Positions 46,632 through 55,344 of a stretch of DNA of 64,000 nt are shown here, piece after piece; position 1 is the stretch's first letter; every line of letters starts with the position of its first letter. Made by a program: the position numbers and the translations under genes. The stretch is from a candidate division WWE3 bacterium UBA1379 (GTDB lineage Bacteria > Patescibacteriota > WWE3 > UBA101185 > UBA10185): contig DBRB01000016.1 of assembly GCA_002305475.1 (NCBI GenBank), positions 14,002 to 78,001 of the forward strand, in the 5' to 3' direction. Under the pieces are notes generated by a model. The model saw only the letters and a list, made by a program, of their open reading frames with translations. It was not told where the DNA came from and made no database searches.

Positions 46632-48251
46632 ATGGTCAAGCCGAGCATCTTCAGCACTCAAAATAGTATCGTATCGGCCGCAGCTGTACTTAGCATCAGC
46701 AGCGGAATCAATGCTGTTTTGGGATTTGTAAAAAGCCGCTCTCTGGCGCATTTTTTCGGGGTTTCCGATGAACTGGCCGTTTTTTATACCGCAGATCTTA
46801 TTCCCAACATGGTGTACTCTTTTTTGGTAGTAGGTGCCCTATCCACAGTGTTTATTCCTGTATTTACCCAGGAATATAAGCGAAACCACAGCATTGCCTG
46901 GAGGACAGCTTCCTCATTTATTAACCTCTCAGTTTTGGTCTTTTTCCTTCTGGGAACAATCAGCTATATCACCGCCCCCCATATTATCCGCCTGATCTCT
47001 GTTAATAAATTTAGTGCAGAACAGATAGCACTGGGCTCCAGTCTGATGAGAATCATGCTACTCTCTCAGCTTATTCTGATAGTTAGCAGTTTCATCACCT
47101 GCATCCTACAGTCCTTCAAGTACTTCCTGATACCGGCTATGTCTCCTATTCTGTATAACCTGGGGATGATTCTAGGCACCATATTGCTGTCAAATCATAT
47201 AGGTATTTTCGGACCGGCAATCGGTGTACTTATCGGATCAATCCTTCATTTATTAATACAGCTTCCCTTTTTACCTAAAGTATCACCTAAATACTCACTC
47301 AAATTGGACCTGAAAGATAAGGGGATCGGAACAATTTTTAATCTAGTACCACCCCGAATACTGAGTGTTTTCATCTCCAATCTGGGAAATACCCTCAACA
47401 GCTCTCTGGCTATCTTTATTTCCCCCGCTTCGGTGGTTCTTCTGAAATTTGCCAATCAGCTGCAATTTTTCCCTGTCAGCTTATTCGGGTTGTCCGTTGC
47501 TTCCGCAATTCTGCCTACTCTTTCCGCTCAGGCAGATGAAGATGATTTAAGTACATTCCGAAAGACACTCACCACTTCCTTTTTACAGATGATGTTTCTG
47601 GTGGTTCCCATTAGCGTTATTCTTTTTGTATTAAAAGTACCTCTGGTTAGAATTGTTTACGGTGCCGCCAGCTTTCCATGGGAAGCGACTGTAAAAACAT
47701 CCTATGTTCTGGCATTTTTTTCCATTTCAATTCTTTTTCAAAGCACCAACTATCTTCTAACCAGAGCATTCTTTGCATTAAAAGATACAAAGACTCCGGT
47801 TATAATCAGTTCACTTACACTTGCCATTCATATTCTGATGGCTATTACTTTTGTGAGAATCTTTGGTCTGGGGGTCTGGTCTGTGGCCTTTGCTAGCTCT
47901 ATTGCATCATTTATTGAAACAATCTATCTATACCGACTAATTAGTGCAAAAACCGGACGTTTTTATGAACCAGCTATTCTTCCTTCCTTTATTAAAATCA
48001 GTTATGCATCCCTCTTAATGGGAATTATGCTGTATATACCGTTAAAACTTCTGGATCACTATGTCTTTGACACCACCAGAACCCTGCAGCTTCTTATTGC
48101 CACCGGAATTGCCAGCTTAGGAGGTATCTCAACCTATTTCTTTTTGACAGACAGGTTCAAAGTTCCGGAAATTCAACTGCTGTATCGGCTTTTACATAAA
48201 TTCAAATTCCCGAATAAACAGAAAGTAAACCTTCTGGAGAATACCGCATAG
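46632..48251 (+). CDS. murJ: Lipid II flippase MurJ
   Basis: LGFVK..FG, IPN..GALSTVFIPVF, QLQFFP, RAFFALKDTKTP; TACAAT upstream supports ATG 46632. Confidence 0.92.
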   Translation: MVKPSIFSTQNSIVSAAAVLSISSGINAVLGFVKSRSLAHFFGVSDELAVFYTADLIPNMVYSFLVVGALSTVFIPVFTQEYKRNHSIAWRTASSFINLSVLVFFLLGTISYITAPHIIRLISVNKFSAEQIALGSSLMRIMLLSQLILIVSSFITCILQSFKYFLIPAMSPILYNLGMILGTILLSNHIGIFGPAIGVLIGSILHLLIQLPFLPKVSPKYSLKLDLKDKGIGTIFNLVPPRILSVFISNLGNTLNSSLAIFISPASVVLLKFANQLQFFPVSLFGLSVASAILPTLSAQADEDDLSTFRKTLTTSFLQMMFLVVPISVILFVLKVPLVRIVYGAASFPWEATVKTSYVLAFFSISILFQSTNYLLTRAFFALKDTKTPVIISSLTLAIHILMAITFVRIFGLGVWSVAFASSIASFIETIYLYRLISAKTGRFYEPAILPSFIKISYASLLMGIMLYIPLKLLDHYVFDTTRTLQLLIATGIASLGGISTYFFLTDRFKVPEIQLLYRLLHKFKFPNKQKVNLLENTA

Positions 48252-48294
48252 ATTGCACTTTACGCACTGACTTTAGACCAGTACAATCCGTTCT

Positions 48295-50103
48295 ATGGAT
48301 CAGAATAATATCAGGAATTTTTCAATCATCGCCCATATTGATCACGGAAAATCTACCCTAGCTGACAGACTGCTGGAAATAACGGGTACGGTGGATAAAA
48401 GACATCTGGTGGATCAAACCCTGGACAGCATGGATCTGGAACGGGAAAAAGGCATTACCATCAAACTGAAAACCGTGAGAATGAACTATAAATTAAATGA
48501 CAGAGAATATCAGCTTAATCTGATAGACACCCCTGGACATGTGGATTTTTCCTATGAAGTATCCAGATCTCTAGCTGCTTGTGAGGGAGCCTTATTAGTT
48601 GTGGATACCACACAGGGTATTCAAGCCCAGACCGTCTCCAATATATATAAAGCTATGGAAGCAAACCTGAAAATTATCCCCGTTTTAAATAAAATTGATC
48701 TGCCGGGAAGCGAACCAGAAAAAGTAAGTGATGATCTGGTAAGAACCTTCGGATTCTCCCCGGAAGAAATGATCCGTGTATCTGCAAAAACCGGAACGGG
48801 AGTTGAAGATCTTTTGGAAACCATAATAAATAGCATACCGGCACCAAGCGGAAGAAAAGACCTGCCGTCAAAAGCATTAATCTTTGATACTTTTTATGAT
48901 GAGTACCTGGGAGTTGTAGCAGTAATAAAAGTGGTGGACGGTGAATTTAATAAGAATATGATCATCTCAAAAGAAAAAATTAAATTTATGGCTACAAACA
49001 CCACATCCGTTCCAGAAGAGCTGGGTATATTTACCCCCAAACGTAAAGAATTAAGTATATTACATACAGGAGAAGTAGGATATATTGCTACCGGACTTAA
49101 GGATATTAAAGCAGTCAGAGTCGGTGATACACTAACGACTCTAAAAGATTCAGATAAAATACAACCGTTGTCCGGATACAAAGATGTAAAACCTTTTGTT
49201 TTTGTCTCCATATTTCCGATTGAAAACGATAAATTCCCGCTACTTAGAGATGCCCTTGAAAAACTCTCGCTGTCCGACTCTTCCTTAAGTTATGAACCAG
49301 AAAGTTCAAGTGCGTTGGGATTTGGTTTTAGATGTGGGTTTTTAGGACTTTTACATGCAGAGGTTATTCAGGAAAGACTGGAAAGAGAATATAATCTGCA
49401 GCTAATTTCCACAACACCTTTTGTTGAGTACAGAGTAGCACTTTCAACGGGAGAAGTAATAAACATAAAATCTCCTTCTGAACTTCCGGACACATCCAGA
49501 ATCGGGGAAATAATGGAACCATGGATTTTATTGAATATTGTTTCTCCGTCTGAATATGTCGGAGGAATTATTACACTGTGTGAGGAACGCAGAGGAATAA
49601 TGAAAAACATGGAGTACCCCACGGAAAACCGGGTAGTTTTTGAATATGAACTTCCCCTCGCGGAACTGGTTTTCAATTTCTATGATGAATTAAAAACCGT
49701 ATCCTCCGGCTTTGCCAGTCTTGATTATGAGTTTGCAGATTACAAACCGGTTACAGCAGTAAAAATGGATATCCTTGTTCATGGGGAAATTGTCCCACCT
49801 CTTTCAAACATTGTCCTAAAAGACAAGGCACCGGAGATTGGAAGAAACTTGATTGCAAAATTAAAAGATATTATTCCCCGTCAACAGTTTAAGGTGTCCC
49901 TGCAGGCAGCTATCGGCGGGAAAATTATTGCCAGGGACGACATTCCCGCTTTACGAAAAAACGTATTGGCAAAAATGTCGGGAGGTCATAGAGAAAGAAA
50001 AGATAAACTGCTGGAAATCCAGAAAAAAGGAAAACAGCGTATGAAACGCCTAGGAAAGGTGGATATTCCCCAGGAAGCTTTCCGTCAGGTTTTAAAATCA
50101 TAA
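48295..50103 (+). CDS. lepA: Elongation factor 4 (LepA)
   Basis: IRNFSIIAHIDHGKSTLADR, DTPGHVDF, NKID, GFRCGFLGLLH. Confidence 0.98.
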   Translation: MDQNNIRNFSIIAHIDHGKSTLADRLLEITGTVDKRHLVDQTLDSMDLEREKGITIKLKTVRMNYKLNDREYQLNLIDTPGHVDFSYEVSRSLAACEGALLVVDTTQGIQAQTVSNIYKAMEANLKIIPVLNKIDLPGSEPEKVSDDLVRTFGFSPEEMIRVSAKTGTGVEDLLETIINSIPAPSGRKDLPSKALIFDTFYDEYLGVVAVIKVVDGEFNKNMIISKEKIKFMATNTTSVPEELGIFTPKRKELSILHTGEVGYIATGLKDIKAVRVGDTLTTLKDSDKIQPLSGYKDVKPFVFVSIFPIENDKFPLLRDALEKLSLSDSSLSYEPESSSALGFGFRCGFLGLLHAEVIQERLEREYNLQLISTTPFVEYRVALSTGEVINIKSPSELPDTSRIGEIMEPWILLNIVSPSEYVGGIITLCEERRGIMKNMEYPTENRVVFEYELPLAELVFNFYDELKTVSSGFASLDYEFADYKPVTAVKMDILVHGEIVPPLSNIVLKDKAPEIGRNLIAKLKDIIPRQQFKVSLQAAIGGKIIARDDIPALRKNVLAKMSGGHRERKDKLLEIQKKGKQRMKRLGKVDIPQEAFRQVLKS

Positions 50104-50199
50104 ATCTATTTAACTCTTGTATAAATTACGTTACTATTTATATACATAAATTGACTTGCCGTTTATCTAAATGGTTTAAAGGAGGTGACCCCTGTTAGT

Positions 50200-50631
50200 A
50201 TGAACTTAATAAAACATAAAAGAGGTTATTTAACTCCGCTTTTTGTATTTACTTCATTCGCCTTAGTAGCTGTGTCCTTTGCTTCATTTATCATTGTTTC
50301 AAAAGGAACATCTCCTTTTGAATCACTGGCTAAAACAGATAATCTTTATAGAAATAAGATCCGTTGTGACGCAACTATGCCCTGTCCGGGAAACGGCACC
50401 TGCATCCAAAGCTACTGCGTCTTTAATCAGGTACTTCCCCTTTGTGAGCCGGCAGAATACTGTACCTCAGACACTCAGGTGAAAGTATTTAATTCCACAG
50501 CCTGCCGCACACCGTCAGGAGGAATTGTTAGATGCTGTCAGGATGGATTCTTCAGGGACAGCAATGCTGTTTACTGTACACAGAATTCGGATATAAACAA
50601 TGTAATGGATACTAATCCGTCCGCCCAGTAA
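50200..50631 (+). CDS. Cys-rich membrane-anchored or secreted protein
   Basis: SD AAGGAGG; KRG-YLTPL + TM; 10 Cys in the outer part; start 50200 preferred over 50185. Confidence 0.65.
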   Translation: MNLIKHKRGYLTPLFVFTSFALVAVSFASFIIVSKGTSPFESLAKTDNLYRNKIRCDATMPCPGNGTCIQSYCVFNQVLPLCEPAEYCTSDTQVKVFNSTACRTPSGGIVRCCQDGFFRDSNAVYCTQNSDINNVMDTNPSAQ

Positions 50632-50657
50632 AGCGGGATTTCTAATATGATCTTAAT

Positions 50658-50696
50658 AAAACTCCCTCACGGATTTTACGGTGGGAGTTTTCTTTT
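50658..50696 (+). terminator. Intrinsic terminator upstream of the hrcA promoter
   Basis: AAAACTCCC..GGGAGTTTT followed by CTTTT. Confidence 0.7.
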
Positions 50697-50744
50697 GAAA
50701 AGATATAAAACTTGTTTTTCTGGATTTCCAGTTGGTTGCAGATC

Positions 50745-50780
50745 TTGACAGGATTAGCACTCATGCTATCATTCTGATAA
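50745..50780 (+). promoter_or_regulatory. hrcA promoter with CIRCE-like operator
   Basis: TTGACA-16-TATCAT with TG extension; perfect left arm TTAGCACTC at 50754-50762, degenerate right arm TTCTGATAA. Confidence 0.7.
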
Positions 50781-50793
50781 GAGGTTTAAAAAA

Positions 50794-51516
50794 ATGCTTA
50801 CAGAAAGACAACTTCAATTATTAAGTGCTATCATAGGTGAATATATTGAATCCTGTGAGCCTGTCGGTTCTCAGGTTTTGGTTAATAAATACAAACTTAA
50901 GTATTCCGCTGCTACGGTCAGAAACGAAATGGCACGATTACTGGAAGACGGTTTTCTGGAGATGGTGCATACATCAAGCGGACGGGTACCTACTTCCATG
51001 GCATATCGCTTGTTTCTTTCAGAACTTATGGAAGAGGAAGAACTTCCTGTACTGCAGGAAGTCGCCATTAAACAGAAACTATGGCCCAATAGATTTGAAT
51101 TTGAAAAAATGCTTAAACAAGCTTCTATTGCTTTATCCGATATCACAAAAGAACTTGCTCTGGCAACAACGGATGACGGACATATTGTCTCCGCCGGTGC
51201 AGTACATGTTCTGGATAATAGGGAGTTCTGGGATATTAACGTTGCAAAGTCTGCCCTTCACTTAACGGATAGATATGAACTCCTCGAACAAATCTTTAAC
51301 AAGGCTCTTGATGATTCCGAAGTAAAATGTTTAATAGGAGAAGAGCTGGGAGTAAGTAAACTGGAATCGTGTGGTTTAGTTTTTGCTCCCTACGAGTCAG
51401 GTAATAAAAGCGGGTACATTGCCGTACTGGGGCCGGCAAGAATGAGATATCAGAAAGTCATTCCCGCAGTCCGTTACACAAAAAACCTGATTGAAGAACT
51501 CGGAAATTCCTGGTAA
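50794..51516 (+). CDS. hrcA: Heat-inducible transcription repressor HrcA (short form)
   Basis: LTERQ..YI..EPVGS..SAATVRNEM..HTSSGRVPT; LGPARMRY. Confidence 0.92.
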   Translation: MLTERQLQLLSAIIGEYIESCEPVGSQVLVNKYKLKYSAATVRNEMARLLEDGFLEMVHTSSGRVPTSMAYRLFLSELMEEEELPVLQEVAIKQKLWPNRFEFEKMLKQASIALSDITKELALATTDDGHIVSAGAVHVLDNREFWDINVAKSALHLTDRYELLEQIFNKALDDSEVKCLIGEELGVSKLESCGLVFAPYESGNKSGYIAVLGPARMRYQKVIPAVRYTKNLIEELGNSW

Positions 51517-51553
51517 ATATTCTTATATATTCAGTTACTGCCTTATATAACTT

Positions 51554-51997
51554 ATGGATGATAAAGAATTAAAAAATAAGGTTAATGAACTTGAGGCTAA
51601 AATCGTAGAGGTGGAAAACAACTGGAAGAGGGCTCTTGCCGACTACAAGAATTTGGAAAGACGTGTTAATGAGGAAAAGGATGCCGTGATGGATTTTGCC
51701 AATCTGGTATTAATATCTCAGCTGATACCGGTAGTGGATAATCTTGAACTGCTTCAGCAGCATTCCAATGATACCGGTATAAAAATGATCGTTAAAGAGT
51801 TTAAACAGATTTTAAAGAACAACGGTCTTGAGGAAATTAATCCTATTAATGAAGTATTCAACCCGGATAACATGGAAGCTGTAGAAACTAAAGAAGGGGA
51901 ACCTAACAAGGTTCTGTCAGTTGAACAAAAAGGTTATATTTTAAAAAATAAGTTAATTAGACCGGCAAGAGTAATAGTCGGTCAGAAACTAGAATAA
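51554..51997 (+). CDS. grpE: Nucleotide exchange factor GrpE
   Basis: RALADYKN, LIPVVDNL, FNP..EAV, QKGY..LIRPARV. Confidence 0.95.
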   Translation: MDDKELKNKVNELEAKIVEVENNWKRALADYKNLERRVNEEKDAVMDFANLVLISQLIPVVDNLELLQQHSNDTGIKMIVKEFKQILKNNGLEEINPINEVFNPDNMEAVETKEGEPNKVLSVEQKGYILKNKLIRPARVIVGQKLE

Positions 51998-52009
51998 CGG
52001 AGGAATTAT

Positions 52010-53902
52010 ATGGCAAAAATTATCGGAATTGATTTAGGTACAACTAACAGCTGTATGGCTGTCATGGAAAGCGGACAACCTAAAGTTATCCCAAACGCAG
52101 AAGGCGGAAATACCACACCGTCGGTAGTTGCTCCATCAGCAAATCTTGTTGGTATACCGGCAAAAAGACAGCAGGTTGTAAACCCAAAAAACACAATATT
52201 TTCAGTTAAACGTTTAATGGGAAGAAAATTCTCCGACCCGGAAGTTCAGCAAATAGCTAAAGACTATCCGTACAGCATTGTAGAAGGACCAAACGGAATG
52301 GCAGCAATTGAAGTGGAGGGTAAGGTATACACACCACAGGAGATATCCGCACAGATTTTAAGCAAAATGAAAGCGGATGCCGAAAAGTTTACCGGACAGA
52401 CTATCAAGGAAGCAGTCATTACTGTACCTGCGTACTTCAATGATGCACAAAGAACTGCAACAAAAGAAGCGGGTCAGATTGCAGGACTGGATGTAAAAAG
52501 AATTATCAATGAACCGACCGCGGCAGCCTTAGCATATGGTCTGGATAAAAAAGGTGCGGAAAAAATCGCAGTTTATGATCTGGGTGGTGGTACGTTTGAT
52601 GTATCAATTCTGGAAATAGGTGAAGGTGTATTTGAGGTCAGATCTACCAACGGAGATACTCATCTGGGAGGAGATGATTTTGATCAGAAGATTATCAACT
52701 GGTTGATTGAACAGTTTAAACAGGAACAGGGTGTAGATTTATCGGCAGACAGACAAGCTATGCAAAGACTTAAAGATGCGGCTGAAAAAGCTAAGATAGA
52801 ACTGTCAAGCACACTGGAGACTGAAATAAGCATTCCGTTTATTACTGCGGATGCTTCAGGACCTAAACATCTCAATTTCAAGTTATCCCGAGCAAAACTT
52901 GAACAGCTCGTGGATGATTTAATCAGAAGAACCTTTCAGCCAATGGAGAATGCCTTAAAGGATGCCGGACTTAGCAAGTCAGATATTGCAGAGGTAGTCA
53001 TGGTCGGAGGTATGACCAGAATGCCTAAAGTCATCCAGACAGTAAAGGAATTTTTCGGCAAAGATCCGCACCAAGGAGTTAATCCAGATGAAGTCGTGGC
53101 AATCGGAGCAGCTATTCAGGGAGGGGTTTTAGGAGGAGATGTGAAAGACATACTTCTGTTGGATGTCACTCCTTTGACCCTAGGTATCGAAACACTGGGG
53201 GGAGTCAGCACACCTTTAATTAAAAGAAATACCACTATCCCGACATCAGCTTCGCAGGTATTCAGTACAGCAGCAGATAATCAGATGAGTGTGGAAATTA
53301 ACGTATTACAGGGGGAAAGAGAAATGGCAGCTGACAACACTTCTCTGGGAAGATTTATCCTAGATGGGATTGCTCCCGCTCCAAGAGGGGTTCCTCAGAT
53401 TGAAGTCACCTTTGATATAGATGCTAATGGTATCCTGAATGTTTCGGCAAAAGATAAAGCAACCAATAAGGAACAAAAAATTACCATTCAGGGAGGTACC
53501 GGCTTAAGCAAAGAGGAAATTGAGAAGAAGGTTAAGGAAGCTCAGATGCATGCAGAAGAAGACCGCAAGAAAAAAGAACAGGTAGAAGTCAGAAATACTG
53601 CTGATACTCTCACCTATACTGCAGAAAAAGCTTTGCAGGATGCAAAAGATAAAATACCAGAAGAGTTAAAAAATAGTATAGAAAGCAAGATTAAAGACAT
53701 CAGGGATGTTTTGCAGACCGCAACAACGGAAGATCTGAAAACAAAGACTCAGGAATTATCTCTAGAAATGCAAAAAATCGGACAGTATATGTACGGACAG
53801 CCGGGACAAGAACAACCCGGACCTCAAAATCAGGGACCTGGTAATCAACCGGGTGATAATAAAAACGGAGACGGTCCGATTGAAGGAGATATCGTAGAAT
53901 AA
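52010..53902 (+). CDS. dnaK: Chaperone DnaK
   Basis: [36 protein letters not shown]. Confidence 0.99.
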   Translation: MAKIIGIDLGTTNSCMAVMESGQPKVIPNAEGGNTTPSVVAPSANLVGIPAKRQQVVNPKNTIFSVKRLMGRKFSDPEVQQIAKDYPYSIVEGPNGMAAIEVEGKVYTPQEISAQILSKMKADAEKFTGQTIKEAVITVPAYFNDAQRTATKEAGQIAGLDVKRIINEPTAAALAYGLDKKGAEKIAVYDLGGGTFDVSILEIGEGVFEVRSTNGDTHLGGDDFDQKIINWLIEQFKQEQGVDLSADRQAMQRLKDAAEKAKIELSSTLETEISIPFITADASGPKHLNFKLSRAKLEQLVDDLIRRTFQPMENALKDAGLSKSDIAEVVMVGGMTRMPKVIQTVKEFFGKDPHQGVNPDEVVAIGAAIQGGVLGGDVKDILLLDVTPLTLGIETLGGVSTPLIKRNTTIPTSASQVFSTAADNQMSVEINVLQGEREMAADNTSLGRFILDGIAPAPRGVPQIEVTFDIDANGILNVSAKDKATNKEQKITIQGGTGLSKEEIEKKVKEAQMHAEEDRKKKEQVEVRNTADTLTYTAEKALQDAKDKIPEELKNSIESKIKDIRDVLQTATTEDLKTKTQELSLEMQKIGQYMYGQPGQEQPGPQNQGPGNQPGDNKNGDGPIEGDIVE

Positions 53903-53936
53903 ATCCTATAAAAATTTATTCATTTTATAAGAATAC

Positions 53937-53961
53937 GACTCCCCCAAACAGGGGGAGTTTT
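53937..53961 (+). terminator. Terminator after dnaK
   Basis: ACTCCCCC-aaaca-GGGGGAGT followed by TTT. Confidence 0.8.
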
Positions 53962-54050
53962 CATACGGTAGATACTCTATATAATTTCTTGATTTTCCTA
54001 ATCTCACAAAATAAACTAAATATAGTATTTGTTTAGAGGAAGTAAATTAT

Positions 54051-54476
54051 ATGAGCACTAATTTTAATATCCCAGAAGCTAGTGAATACGATGAAAAAAG
54101 AATTTTAATTGAAGCGTTAGATAGAGAAATAAGCGGGCGCTTAACTGACATGGGCGAAATTTCCACATTAGATCCGAGAGAAGTTGAGGTTTTAGATAGC
54201 ATCAGAGAGCAACTTAAATCCCAAGGAGTAAGATTTAATGAACCCGGTGTTTCTCCGGTAAATTTTCAGATAGAAATACCGGAAAAATTAAGAAAAGAAT
54301 ATGTCCGCACAATGTTTGAAGTTGAACAGGATAAGCTTAAACAAAACCTTGTTCAAGTCGGCACTAATCGTGGTGTAGAAACGCCTTTTATGAGAAGACT
54401 AGAGCAAGCGAAAGCTTTAGAAATGGAAATGGACATTGAAATTGATGAAAACATTAAGTACGTTCTAGGACTATAG
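54051..54476 (+). CDS. Hypothetical acidic helical protein
   Basis: 141-aa ORF, SD GAGG. Confidence 0.6.
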   Translation: MSTNFNIPEASEYDEKRILIEALDREISGRLTDMGEISTLDPREVEVLDSIREQLKSQGVRFNEPGVSPVNFQIEIPEKLRKEYVRTMFEVEQDKLKQNLVQVGTNRGVETPFMRRLEQAKALEMEMDIEIDENIKYVLGL

Positions 54477-54653
54477 TAATAAATACCTTAGGTTACACAC
54501 AATAAATTGTTTTTGAAAGATATACCGATGTAATACATATGTACTTTCTCCTTTTTCCCATTGATCATCTGTTTTTCCTTAATAAAAACAGTTCTTAAAT
54601 CAAATTGAATCTGTTATAATGTTTCAAGTTAAGCAAACCCAACAACGCTGCCT

Positions 54654-54932
54654 ATGGACATACAAATAGTTTTAATATTTATACTTGCTCTTCTGACCCT
54701 CAATTTAATGATTGTCGGTTTTTATGCAATCCTAGTTCTAAAGGAATTCCGTGAAACAATTAAAAAATCGAACATGGTTCTGGATAATGTACATTCAGTT
54801 ACCGATACGTTCGCCAACCCCATCACATCTCTAGCAGGTGTGGTAACGGGAGTAGTGGAAGGCATTAAAGCAGTAAAGTCAATCACCAGTCTAAGCGACA
54901 TCAAAGAAACGGAAAATAATTTGGAAAAATAA
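54654..54932 (+). CDS. Small TM plus coiled-coil protein (DUF948-like)
   Basis: N-terminal TM followed by an amphipathic helix. Confidence 0.65.
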   Translation: MDIQIVLIFILALLTLNLMIVGFYAILVLKEFRETIKKSNMVLDNVHSVTDTFANPITSLAGVVTGVVEGIKAVKSITSLSDIKETENNLEK

Positions 54933-55014
54933 GCGTAAGATATTTCATAAAAATTATCATATATATACTTTCAGTACACTTGCTATTTAAAGCAAAAACT
55001 AAGACAATAAACAT

Positions 55015-55344
55015 ATGCCCGACAACTTTATTCCCACAATAATTCCCAATCCTGAAACATCGTCAACAAGCAATGGTGATACACCCACTACTGAAAAACT
55101 TCCAGCGAGAGAAAGCATTCCTGTGGTAAATCTGACCTCAGATACAGATGATAATACACAACAACCGCCGACAGCATCGACAGCCATTCAGCCGATAAAA
55201 AATGTAGTTAATAAAACAAAAGAACCGGAAATATTACATAAAGTCAGTGAACATGCTGATAGTTTAACCACAATTGCTGACCAAGAGGAAGAAGAATTTA
55301 TCAAAGAAGTAATGGAGGAACATAAGAACAATGAACCCGATTGA
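55015..55344 (+). CDS. Hypothetical disordered protein with acidic C-terminal helix
   Basis: Pro/Thr-rich; overlaps the start of the ATPase gene. Confidence 0.6.
   Translation: MPDNFIPTIIPNPETSSTSNGDTPTTEKLPARESIPVVNLTSDTDDNTQQPPTASTAIQPIKNVVNKTKEPEILHKVSEHADSLTTIADQEEEEFIKEVMEEHKNNEPD

Noticed and set aside
53790-53860. Short QPG/GP repeats at the end of dnaK
   Set aside because: Ordinary low-complexity DnaK tail, not a DNA repeat element
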